Shown here: positions 1 to 10,164 of the stretch, piece after piece
Layout of the letters: each line of letters begins with the position of its first letter
Position numbering within the stretch: position 1 is the stretch's first letter
Assembly: GCA_001724265.1 (NCBI GenBank)
Contig: MEDY01000175.1
Span: 1 to 56,481 of the forward strand
Direction: 5' to 3'
Length of the DNA: 56,481 bases
DNA from: Rhizaria sp. SCN 62-66
Lineage: Eukaryota
Notes under the pieces: model-generated
Seen by the model: the letters and a program-made list of their open reading frames with translations, nothing else
Told to the model about the DNA's origin: nothing
Database searches by the model: none
Program-made: the position numbers and the translations under genes

Positions 1-1246
1 GAGCTGTCTGCTGCTACTCTGACTTTGATGCAGAAAATGGCAATCGAGAGTCTTCTTTTGAGCGCCAGGAGGTTGGCCGGCTTTGCGTTTCATAATAGTA
101 TTGTTATGACACTGCGTCTTAACAAGGCTGATGAGTATTAGATTCTGATTGAGACGCATGAGCACCTGTTTCCTTGCAGTGTTTCGCACTTTCTCATTTC
201 AGCAGTTGAATCGGGCATTGGCAGCAAGCTGCATACGTGCTTTGTGCCCTCGGCGCAGCGGCGCCGCTGCCTGCCGTTCGTCACACTCTGCTCGGGGAGT
301 TCGACGCTTTCCTGTGCTTCTGTGCCTTTGCAACTTCCCGAGAGCAATATTGTGTACGGCGAGTCCTGCGAGCTGACGACATACCCCGTCGGCACTGTGC
401 TGTTCTACCCCCCCTCAGTCCTCCCCGCCAGGTCCTCGTGCACGCCGTGGTTCATCGTTTACACGCCGTGTCCGGCGAGTCTGCTGGGCGGCGCCGTGCC
501 CATCGGCCGCGTGACGGTGTGCAGGAAGGTCGGTGACAAACCGAATTTCGGACCAATGCATGTCGGAAAACGGGCCAAAAAATAGCTCTTCGATGATAAT
601 GTCTTGAAATGCTTTGAGGCACGTTGTCACGCAAAGAAATGCAGCTCTGACTTTAACACTACTTCTTCTTCTTTATGTTGGCCTTATAATGTCGATTGCG
701 ATCGCTGCACATCGCTATCATAAACCGTTTATCAGAAAGAAACGATAAACGGTTTATTCTTTCTGTTGAAAATGATATGAATCCATCGTCCATGTGTCCC
801 CCATCACTATCCGACCTCATGCTATCTGTTCTCTCTATTTTTATCATACATGTACGGTTCTAGTAGTATATTTTTATTTGATTTTGGAAGTTTAATCACC
901 AATACAAGAGGTATGTCCTTGCGCGCTTTGAAACTGACAGATATTCGTATTTTCTTGTCTCAAAGTCATCGATATACTCCGCTAAGAATACGGGTTCCTG
1001 AAGACGCGACCCGGAAGCTGGTCGTATACTTGCGCAACAAGTGTTTTCCCCCGCCTACATGTCGCAACAAGCCGTGTCGCGGTATCACCGTCCTGGGACG
1101 CCTTTCCCGTTAACGTGCTCCGCCAGTGTGGCGTTGTTCCGCTGCTTCGTGAGCAGAAGTAGCAGGAACGCGCAAAAGTTTGGGGCAAGAAGTGGCAGCA
1201 GCAGCAGCAGTTGCAGCGGCGGCGGAGTAATGTCACTGTTCAGTGA
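1..1246 (+). CDS. 5'-truncated hypothetical multi-exon gene containing in-frame TAG codons (exon structure uncertain)
   Basis: Frame +1 is open from 1 to TAA 721-723 apart from TAG at 139-141 and 583-585. A probable intron 911-986 (GTATGT...TAAG) joins LITNTR to a terminal exon EYGFLKTR...REQK*QERAKVWGKKWQQQQQLQRRR, with TAG at 1160-1162 and TGA at 1244-1246. The link between the 1-720 and 850-910 segments is unresolved. No homology recognised. Confidence 0.45.
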
Positions 1247-1596
1247 GCTTACTGTCGCGACTGATTGTAGGGGAGGGGGTTGCGTTCAAGGCCCAAATAG
1301 TACTCCTTCTAACTAAAATAAAAAAAGGCCACCAAATAGTGGTCAGTTTCGTGGCTAGAACTCGGTAGTTTACACCGACCCTCTTGCACATCTTGACGAA
1401 GCCAGCCAGTGGTAGACGCAGAAACAGAACTCGTCAGATGATCCACCGACCACATGTGTGTTTCTATTACTGACTAAATGACTCACATTGGCCATCATTG
1501 ATAGAGATGTCTCACATGGTGACCAACGTCTCAATGTAACATCCATCCATCATGGGCTTGTTGTTGCGATCGTAAAATTTCATCTTGGATCTGACT

Positions 1597-4518
1597 TCAC
1601 GCGTTGTAGGGCTCGCTGCTCGCATCAACCTTGGCCACCAGTGCCGCGGCCTCCTCCGCGCTCAGCCGCGGGTACAGCTCGGCCAAGCACTCGGCGAGCG
1701 AGCTCTTCTCGGCCGGCCGTAGCTCCTTCTCGTAGCGGGCCAACTGCACCAAGAAGCCCTTGTTGGGCAACACCTGCTGGCGGCGGCCGCGCACCATCGC
1801 GACTGCGTGCAGGAGCGAGCAGTGGTAGGCGCGCATGGTGTACGCAATCAGCAGGGACGCGGAGCGGGAGACGCCCAGCTGGCAGTGAATCAGCACGGCG
1901 CCGTGGCCAGCGGTGCAGTTGCCCGCGGACGCCGAGCTTGTGGCGAGGGCGGAGTCGATGAAGGCAAAAGCCTTCTCGAGCTGCGGCCGCAAGGGGGCGT
2001 CGTCGACGTCGGCCAGGGACAGTTGAAGGTAAGTCAAGCCGGGGCCGCCGTCGGAAGCTAAACCGCCCGCGACGCTCTCGACCACAGTCCCCTTGACATC
2101 CGCATCTGCGTCAGCGACGCTGTCAGCAGGACTGTTGTTGTTGCCCGCGCTGGCGCTAGCGTTGGAGCTAGCAAGGACCAGGTGGTAGTTCGGCGTCTCT
2201 GCGCTGGCGTTGAGGACATGTGTGACCCCAAGTGCGCGCAGGTGCGCGAGGTTCGACGCGTCCGACTTGGAGCCCAGGAACACGGCCCCGTCGATGACCT
2301 CGCTGGGGTAGCCTGGGAACATTGGCGCGTGGCTATGAGCGGGCAGCGCCGCGACCATGTCGCCGCCGCCGGACATACCCGCGGTAGCAGCTGCACTGGC
2401 CGCGGCGCCGTTCGCACTGGCGCTGGCATTGGCGCTGGCGCTGGGGCTAGGGCGCAGGGTGGTGCTGGCGTTGATGCTGCGGGTGTTGCTGTTGCAGAGC
2501 AGGAAAGGGTACCGCTGCAGAAACGCGACAGCGCCCTCGGGCAGCACCTCGACTGCGGCGACCTTGCCCTCGACCAGCAGCAGCGCCGCCACGGCCTCCA
2601 CAATTGAGCCCTCCACACTACTGTCGCCGGCGCCACTACTGTCCGCGGCAGCAGCAGCAACAGCGGCAGCGGTAGCAGTGGGCTGGCCGCAGATGATGAC
2701 GACGCGGCGGCCGCGGAGACGCCAGACGCGCGCGTCGCTGGCAATTGCAATGCCGCCGGCGGCGCCCACGTTAACGCCGTTGCTGCTGGAGTCCCCAGAC
2801 GCAGCACTGGCGGGCTCGGCGGCGGCGGCGAGCGCGGCGGCGGCGGCGGCGGGGCCCTGGGCCGCGGCGGACTGCAACGCCTTGACCAGAGCCTCGCTAT
2901 CGTCATCAGCGCTGCTGCTGTTGCCACTGCAGTTAAAGGGGATGTTGACGGAGCGCGGGATGTGTCCCGCGGCATACTCCTTCCGTGGCCGCGTGTCGAT
3001 GACCAGGGGCGCGTTCTGCGCCCACAGCGCGTTGAACACGTCAGGGGCCAGCGCGCGGGTCGCCACTACCGCGTCAGGCACGGCTGCAGACACAGCAGCC
3101 GGCGCAGCGTCGGCCGCGGCCGCAGTCGGAGGCGAAGCGTTGGGCTCGGCCTCGGCCTCAGCGGTCGCAGTGGCCGCGGCCATGGCAGTGGCCGTGGCGG
3201 TGGCCGTGGCAGCGGCAGCGCGGAGGGTGCGGGCGGCGCGATGCTGGCGCAGACGCTCCTGGGCAGAGAGGCCCGACGACAAACGCACACCACCGCCCGC
3301 AGCAGCGCCAGCAGAGTTCGCTTGGTCGCTAGCATTATCACTGTCGCCGCTGCCGTTCGCGGCAGCACTCGCGTTGAGAGTGGTGTTTGCACTCGCGCTT
3401 GTCGCGTTATTGGTGTAGGCGTTGCGGCGGAGCGTGGCCTGCAGAGAGGCGGCCTGGACGCGGGCCTTGGCCACTCGTGCAGCGACAGCCTTGTCGTCAG
3501 CTGTCGGCTTGGTGGCCTCGGCCTCAGTTGTAGCGGCAGCGGCGGCGGCGGCAACGGCGGCGGTGGCGGCGGCGGCGTTGGTGGGCGTGAGGGTCAGCGG
3601 CGGGGCAGGGGGCAGGGCCACTAACAGGTCGTCGTCCTCATTGTTGTTGCTGTTGTTGTTGTTGTTGTTGTTGTTGTTGCTGCTGCTGCTGGCCGTGTCG
3701 CTCGCGTCGCTCATGTCAGTGAGAGACGAGGGCGAGGGCAAGTCAGGAGCCGCGGCGAGCGGGGAGAAGGCGAGGGAGAGCGACGCGGTGTCACTGTTGT
3801 CGTCGCCGTTGTTGTTACTGCCGTTGTTGCTGTTCAGAGTATTATTGTTGCTGTTCAGAGTATTGTTGTTGCTGTTGTTGGGGATTTTGAGCGCCGACAA
3901 GGGGGCCACGTGGGCGGCGTTTATGATGCCGCTGACACTGAGACTCACATCCAAGGCATCGTCGGCCTCAGCTTCAGCAGTGACAACCACACCAGCGCCC
4001 GTCGCATTGCCATTGGTGCTGCCATTGCCGTTGCCGTTGCCATTGCTGTTGCTCTTGCTGTTGCTCTTGCTGCCGCTCGTCACGGGGGAAGCTGGCGCAA
4101 GGGCGCGCACGACGACGGGCTGCATCAGCCGAGCACTGCCGCCGCTAGAGCTAACTGCAGCGCCGGGAGTCGCATTGGCCGCGGCATTGGCGTTAGCGGC
4201 AGAGCTTTTGTCCGCGTTGCCGTTATTGTTGTTGCCGCTGCGGTTGCTGCTGTCGGCAGAGCTGGTGCTGGGGGCTGCCTCTGCGACCTTGATGAGCTTG
4301 TGGCAGATGTCGCACACGCGCTGTGGGCTACGGTCTGCAACCACAGCGGGCGGCAGCACGGCGCAGCGACGCGAGCACTCGTCGCAGACGAGCTTGCCGC
4401 AGGCGCGGCAGTGGTGGCGGCGGCGGAGAAACCAAGTGAAGGGCTGCTCGCAGAGGACGCAGCCCGACGAGGAGGAGTCGGCCTGCCACAGCGGCGGCGC
4501 GGTGAACAGACTGGACAT
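1597..4518 (-). CDS. FYVE + rhodanese + dual-specificity phosphatase (MAPK-phosphatase-like), ~973 aa, single exon
   Basis: Likely ATG at 4518 (MSSLFTAPPLW). FYVE motifs WxxD, RRHHCRACG and RVC; rhodanese-like LVIDTRPRKEYAAGHIPRSVNIP; DSP motifs PSEVIDGAVFLGS, GVTHVLNA, catalytic IHCQLGVSRSA and PNKGFLVQL. Stop TGA. Confidence 0.9.
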   Translation of the reverse strand: MSSLFTAPPLWQADSSSSGCVLCEQPFTWFLRRRHHCRACGKLVCDECSRRCAVLPPAVVADRSPQRVCDICHKLIKVAEAAPSTSSADSSNRSGNNNNGNADKSSAANANAAANATPGAAVSSSGGSARLMQPVVVRALAPASPVTSGSKSNSKSNSNGNGNGNGSTNGNATGAGVVVTAEAEADDALDVSLSVSGIINAAHVAPLSALKIPNNSNNNTLNSNNNTLNSNNGSNNNGDDNSDTASLSLAFSPLAAAPDLPSPSSLTDMSDASDTASSSSNNNNNNNNNSNNNEDDDLLVALPPAPPLTLTPTNAAAATAAVAAAAAAATTEAEATKPTADDKAVAARVAKARVQAASLQATLRRNAYTNNATSASANTTLNASAAANGSGDSDNASDQANSAGAAAGGGVRLSSGLSAQERLRQHRAARTLRAAAATATATATAMAAATATAEAEAEPNASPPTAAAADAAPAAVSAAVPDAVVATRALAPDVFNALWAQNAPLVIDTRPRKEYAAGHIPRSVNIPFNCSGNSSSADDDSEALVKALQSAAAQGPAAAAAALAAAAEPASAASGDSSSNGVNVGAAGGIAIASDARVWRLRGRRVVIICGQPTATAAAVAAAAADSSGAGDSSVEGSIVEAVAALLLVEGKVAAVEVLPEGAVAFLQRYPFLLCNSNTRSINASTTLRPSPSASANASASANGAAASAAATAGMSGGGDMVAALPAHSHAPMFPGYPSEVIDGAVFLGSKSDASNLAHLRALGVTHVLNASAETPNYHLVLASSNASASAGNNNSPADSVADADADVKGTVVESVAGGLASDGGPGLTYLQLSLADVDDAPLRPQLEKAFAFIDSALATSSASAGNCTAGHGAVLIHCQLGVSRSASLLIAYTMRAYHCSLLHAVAMVRGRRQQVLPNKGFLVQLARYEKELRPAEKSSLAECLAELYPRLSAEEAAALVAKVDASSEPYNA

Positions 4519-4962
4519 CCGTCGCCACGCGCGCGCTGAACGTGGCGGGCGGTGGGGGGAAAGGGGGGAAGCAGGAGTGGATGAGGCCAGGGTGGGGCGG
4601 AGAGGGCGAAGGGTGGCATGCGCCGATGTTAAAATGGGTAGACTTTGAGTGGTATATTGTTTGTAGTTGAGTGAACATAAGTGAAAAATACACCTTGTCA
4701 ATCAAGCCTTCGAACTGCGCTGCTTTTGTGTCTATAGACGGAACGGTTAATGAATGATAACTCTGAGAATGGTGAGGTCGTATCTCTCTGTGGCTGGCCG
4801 CGTGCGTCGGGCGACGAGGACTGAGCCAGACTGAAACGAGATGCGACAACGATCTTTCCAACGTCAGATTCAAACGTAACGCTGCAGACGAACCTATCTC
4901 TAGATTTTAACTAAAGCCTGCTATTTATATCACCACAAGTGGTCGTTGACTCTCCCTGTGCG

Positions 4963-5603
4963 ATGGACCCATCACGGTCGGCCGGCTCTCGGTCAAGTAG
5001 GCCCAGCAGCAGTGAGCCCGAGAGCTTCCCTACACCTGGAACTGATGCAGCTGCTGATGTGCCCGCACGTACGTCCCCGCCACATCGCGAGTTTGCTGCC
5101 GTGGGCCTCTTTGACGATCACGACGACGGCGCTCTTCGCATCGCGATGGTACGTGACTGACACCTCCAGCACTATGCGTGCAAATGAAAATACCTTAACT
5201 AAGGCACCTATTCAGCATATTACTAATATAAATTGTTGTATTTTGCATATGTTGCGTGCTAATATTATTATAAAACGCCATCACTTAATCATAAACAGAC
5301 ATAGTATCACAATATCGAACAAAAGCTAGTTAACATTCTCTTACTTACGAACACGACCACTGCTTGCTTGCTTCGAACCTCTTGACTTGTGCTGTGCCAC
5401 GTGTGTGATATTTCGCGCAGTTCATGGACCACCAGCGGCGGATCAAGGAGGAGAAGGCTGCCGCCGTAGCAGCGGCACTGGCCTCGGCCTCTGGCTCTGG
5501 CTTGAGCCTTGCGACTGCGACGGCGAGTGCGACCGTCGTTGCGGCCCCCTCCTTAACCCACAACAAAGCTCAGAAGCACCATACGTTGCCCGCTAAGCTT
5601 TGA
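4963..5603 (+). CDS. Small two-exon hypothetical protein (~122 aa); exons 4963-5148 and 5421-5603
   Basis: ATG at 4963. Phase-0 AT-rich intron 5149-5420 (GTACGT...CGCAG) joins ...ALRIAM to FMDHQRRIKEEKAAAV.... Both exons are GC-rich. Stop TGA. Confidence 0.6.
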
Positions 5604-5725
5604 ATTGCACATATTTAGCACGAAACTACCTTCATTAATACACTAGCACTTCAACCGTTATCGTAATAACAACGCAAGCTATCTTCAAAGCATTCTGTCC
5701 GTTGGCTCATCTGCATTCAAGGCTC

Positions 5726-6573
5726 TTAGTTGCTGCCGCCGCTGAGCGTGATCGCCGGCGTCCCCGTGGCCGCGGCAACGGCCTCCAGCGCCCCCGCCGT
5801 GGCCCTCGCCTGCGCCAACGCGTCCTCCCAGCCGGCCTCGGCCTCACCGCGCGCGGCGGCGGCGACGGCGAGCGCACTGCGCAGCCGCGCCACCTCGAGC
5901 CGCTTGGCGGCCACGGCGGCCGCGCGCGGGGCCAGGTCAAGCCGGGATAGCGCGTCGCCGGCGGCGGCGAAGCCCGCGGCGTCCCCGCCACTCGCGGCGG
6001 CGGCAGCGGCAGCGTTGGAGGGAGATGTGCTAGCGGTGTTGTTGGTGCTGGTGATGGCGGCGGCTACAGCGTCAGCCGCGGCGGCGTCGTCCAGGGCCGT
6101 GAGGGCCTGAGCAAGACCGGATGAGGAGGCGGCGTTCTCGAACTCGAGCTGTTGGGAGCGGTCGATGATGAGGCAAAACATATTGAACAAAATTCGATCG
6201 TGAGAGAAAGTGAAATGAGATGTGAGCTGATGCTAACAGTAGATACCATACGACAATCTATCAAGACATGAAACACGCGCATCGTCAATGCCAGCATGAT
6301 ATGAATAGAATATGATGTGCCAAGCTAACGTACAAGGACGCCGTCACGGATCGCGGCCTGGTAGTAGCGGCCGACCTGGCGGAGGAAGATCTGCTGCCAC
6401 AACGTCGCCGCGGGGCCCTCCAGCTCGAACCCTTCGCTGAGGGCGTCGGCGGGGATCGCCTTAAATGCGCGGTCCAGCGCCTGGGTCAGGTACACCTCGA
6501 GCAGCTCTAGGCGGCGGTTGCGGGCGGGACCGAAGGCAGGGGCAGCATCAGCCGAGGCGGGTGTGAAGGACAT
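5726..6573 (-). CDS. Nnf1/PMF1-like kinetochore (MIS12 complex) subunit, ~220 aa; exons 6573-6334 and 6148-5726
   Basis: Phase-0 intron 6333-6149 (GTACGT...AACAG). The spliced protein RRLELLEVYLTQALDRAFK...RDGVL|LEFENAASSSGLAQALTALDD resembles the Nnf1 pattern (R...AL, EF...L..LD), followed by a coiled coil. Family call is by eye. Stop TAA. Confidence 0.6.
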
Positions 6574-7194
6574 TCTGTAGACCTTATAGAAGGGTTTTAG
6601 AGAGGTATATGTTCGCCCTTTGAAGTAAAACTAAAGTCTCCGATTTTAAAACAAAAACAGCATATGGATGAGATCAATAAAGATCGGGAATATGTGATCA
6701 AGATTGTGATATGTAAGGTGGGTTGGGGAGAGAGGCGCATGAGGAAACACAGTGGGGAAGTTTGCAGGAAGAACATAAATTCAAACGATATAAAAAGGAT
6801 GACACATAGTCATATCAAATTATTATTCGTGTAACAAATGGCAGTCTCTTTTACAGACAATACACAGAGATATAGGCTCATCAAGTGAACCTTATTTGAA
6901 CCAAGCAGATGACCGTTGGACGAGAGAAGGCGACTCAGCTGTTGGCCACAGCCGGTCGAAGTGACGACGACTTTGCCGCAATATTATGGCGCTGAAACAA
7001 AGTGATACATGTAATTAACACGATTTTGAATGTGTATATATGTAATCTGTTGTATAACTAAGTGCTATTTTCGTCCGGCCTGACTTTAAGTCGCAATCCT
7101 CTTTGGTGAAAGCTGCCATTTTCAAGTGACTTTGACGGTCAATAACATGTCGTTGTGAGTTCGTATTTGCTGTAGTCGCGGAAATATTGGTCGC

Positions 7195-7763
7195 TTACGA
7201 GCGCCCATGATTTAAATTGCGCGCTGGGCGCTTAAAGCGGGAGTTCGATCTCATACCGTCGGCCTCAGCAGCTTTCTGCTTCGTTTTGCGCTACGATTCT
7301 GCGATGACGTTCTGTTGCAGCTCGTCAATCTTCTTTAGCCCCTCCACAAACACTTTACAACAACGCAGTCAAAATTGGCACGCTCCTATCTTCTTAGTCT
7401 CTAGGTTGCATTATTTCGGCATCTCTTTGTGGCGTCTCATGACGACAGCTGTGTTCCACGGTAGGTACAACTTTGTGTGACATCGCATTAGGATTTGTCA
7501 ACATAAGCGCACACACGCAAACGTTGACGCGGAATAGCAAACTCGAGAGATAGCGGATAAGGGGGTGTTAATGACTGTGCGCGTACTACCAATGCAAGCG
7601 ACTGTGTGCTGGCAGAAACAGGAGGGCAGAGTGAAGTGACTGTGGGAGATTGGGTCAGAGGGGGCTGCTGGACGGCAACAAGATCAAGCGAAATCGTCAA
7701 GACATATCCGACCCATGGTTCCAGTGCAACCTTGTCGGCGTAATTCGAATACCAAACCTGCAT
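7195..7763 (-). CDS. Putative small gene; candidate terminal exon 7352-7195 with in-frame TAG (upstream exons uncertain)
   Basis: After TTTGAC...AAAG the frame reads FVEGLKKIDELQQNVIAES*RKTKQKAAEADGMRSNSRFKRPARNLNHGRS, with TAG at 7291-7293 and TAA at 7195-7197. Upstream ORF 7763-7488 contains a GTACGC donor, but I could not build a phase-consistent join. Confidence 0.35.
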
Positions 7764-8188
7764 TTTGTTCTATGCTGATCATCTTTTAATATTCTCTCTA
7801 TCGTTGTGAAAGTAAGGAATCTGATATGATGAACGTGACGCGTGAGGGAGCAATGAGAGGCCCTGCTCGGCTTGAACATTGCCCTCAATTGTTCATGTTA
7901 GTCCCCCCTGTTTATACTCATTCAAGTCATGTTTCTCACCGTTTCCAAGTTGTTTGCATCCGTTAATTGCACTAGTCTGCTATACCGCAAAGATAATCAT
8001 GCTTTATCCTCACTTTCTCCATCATCGGCACCATCACACAGTGTCCAGACCCGCTTAACTTTGCCCCACTTGAACATACTCTCACTTGCCATTCTTTCTT
8101 ATGCGCGTGTTATTCTTCTTGCGTATGCCACGTTCATCTTTGTGTCCCTTAAGGGTTGTCCCTGTTTCCCGCAGCAACCCCGCCCAGA

Positions 8189-10164
8189 ATGTCCGACTCC
8201 GCTCTGGACCTCGCCGCCTCATCCCTCGGTAGTCTGGGCCCCCTCGCCCAGTCCCTCCCTTCGGTGCTGCCCGCTTCCCTTTCCGCGCTGCCCTCCGCGC
8301 TCACTGAGGCCGTGCACACGTTGCGCCCCGTTGCCATGCGCGCCTGCGTTCGCCTCGCCCACGCCATTTCGCCCCCCGAGATCACCTCCTCCGCGGCAGC
8401 GGCCTAGTGGGCGGCTCTCACAGGCCACGCCGACGCCAGCGACGCCGCGACACCCTTCGTGACGGCGACGCACTTCTGCGACAGCCTCTCGCGCTTTTCC
8501 GCCTTTGACAGCGTCGACTCGCCGCTGGCCTTCCCGGCCCCGGTGCAGACTCTGCGCGCGCTCGTCACTCTGGCCGCCTTCGCGGTCACGGTCGCGGTGG
8601 CGGTGTATGTGCTCGTGCACGTGCTCTTCCTCCGCAAGCGCAAGGCCGGTACGTATCTGCTCGATGTGGCAACGTACAACGACTTCCGCCCCGAGTGGAC
8701 CGTTAGCGCGGAGGAGTGGGCGTCGCGCGCGCAGAGCTGGTTCAACATGGATCCTGAGGACATCCAGTTCAGCCGCACCATCCTCGAGCGCAGCGGCATC
8801 GGAAACCGCACTGTACGTTACTTATTTAGAAGATACTAGACTCATATTGCTTTGAACTACTCTACTTAGCGGCGTTGGCTAATTTCTATTTGATTGGAGC
8901 TTAAAGGAGCCCCATTTGACTCGTATCTCACACGTTCACTTTGCTTTCTTCCTTCCACACGCCACACAGCACTTTCCCCCTGGCATCGCCATGTTCCCTC
9001 CCGACCTGTCGATTGCAAGCGCGCGCTACGAGGCCGAGCTCGTGATGTTCAACTGCGTTGACCAGCTGCTCAAGCGCAACAACGTGCACCCCAAGGATGT
9101 CGACATCCTCGTCGTCAACTGCTCTCTGTTCAATCCCACGCCCTCACTTGCGGCTATGATCATCAACAACTACGGCATGCGCGAGGACATCATGTGTTAC
9201 AACCTCTCCGGCATGGGCTGCTCGGCCTCGCCCATTGCGGTTGATCTGGCTTCACAGATGCTCCAGGTCTCCAAGAAGCGCGATCCCGTGGCGATCGTTG
9301 TGTCGATGGAGAACATCACGCAGAACATCTACCTCGGTCGCGAGCGCGCCATGATGGTCGCCAATTCGCTCTTCCGCATGGGCGGCGCCGCTGTCATGCT
9401 GACCAAGCACGCGCACGCCGCCAAGGGTCGCCCCGCCGCGGGCTGGAAGCTCAACGAGCTCGTGCGCGTCCACATGGCGGCCAACACCAACGCGTACACG
9501 TGCGTCTTTCAGGTAAGTGTTCTCTCTTCTTTAAGTTAAATTCAAACGTTATAGTCATGATTACATAAGCATGTGTCTATATTCGGAATCTACATTTTAA
9601 TTTCAATAGTATTTGTGAATTTTGATTTTCATAGTGATCTCACAGCCACACATCTTATTGTTTCACTTCTCTCGCATGCAGGACGTCGACAAGGAGACCA
9701 AACCTGGCGTCCGTCTCGACAAGTCGCTCATGAAGGTTGCCGCGCAGGCGCTAACCCGCAACATGACCATCCTGGGCCCACGCATCCTGCCCTGGCACGA
9801 GAAGGCGCGCTACGGAGTGCTCACAGCGCTGCGCCTGTTCAAGGTCTGGCGCAACCCTGCGCTCGCGGCCTCGCTGCCGCCTGTCGTGCCGAACTTCAAG
9901 TCGGCGGTGCAGCATATCTGCATCCACGCGGGCGGCCGCGCCGTCATTGACGCCATCCAGAAGGCGTTGTCGCTCTCAGACGCGGATGTGAAACCCTCGC
10001 GCGACGTGCTTTATAAGTATGGCAACACCAGCTCCAGCTCCATCTGGTACGAGTTCGCAAACATTCTCGAGAACCGCAAGCCCCAGGTCGGAGACAAGGT
10101 CTGGCAGATTGCGTTTGGCAGCGGCTTTAAGTGCAACTCTGCCGTGTGGGAGCGCATTGCTTAA
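8189..10164 (+). CDS. KCS: FAE1/KCS-type 3-ketoacyl-CoA synthase (very-long-chain fatty acid elongation), ~549 aa if TAG 8405 is read as sense; exons 8189-8812, 8970-9512, 9682-10164
   Basis: N-terminal TM helix followed by YLLD; ILERSGIG; DILVVNCSLFNPTPSL; catalytic NLSGMGCSAS; LFRMGGAA; HICIHAGGRAVID; GNTSSSSIWYE; QIAFGSGFKCNSAVW. Two phase-0 GT-AG introns (8813-8969, 9513-9681). Stop TAA. Confidence 0.95.

Noticed and set aside
4519-4701. N-terminal extension of the phosphatase ORF from a TTG start
   Set aside because: Looks like UTR; the ATG at 4518 directly precedes the FYVE domain.
8405-8407. Calling KCS or GCP2 pseudogenes, or invoking selenocysteine/pyrrolysine
   Set aside because: All other motifs are intact; selenocysteine uses UGA; pyrrolysine is prokaryotic and no pyl genes are present.
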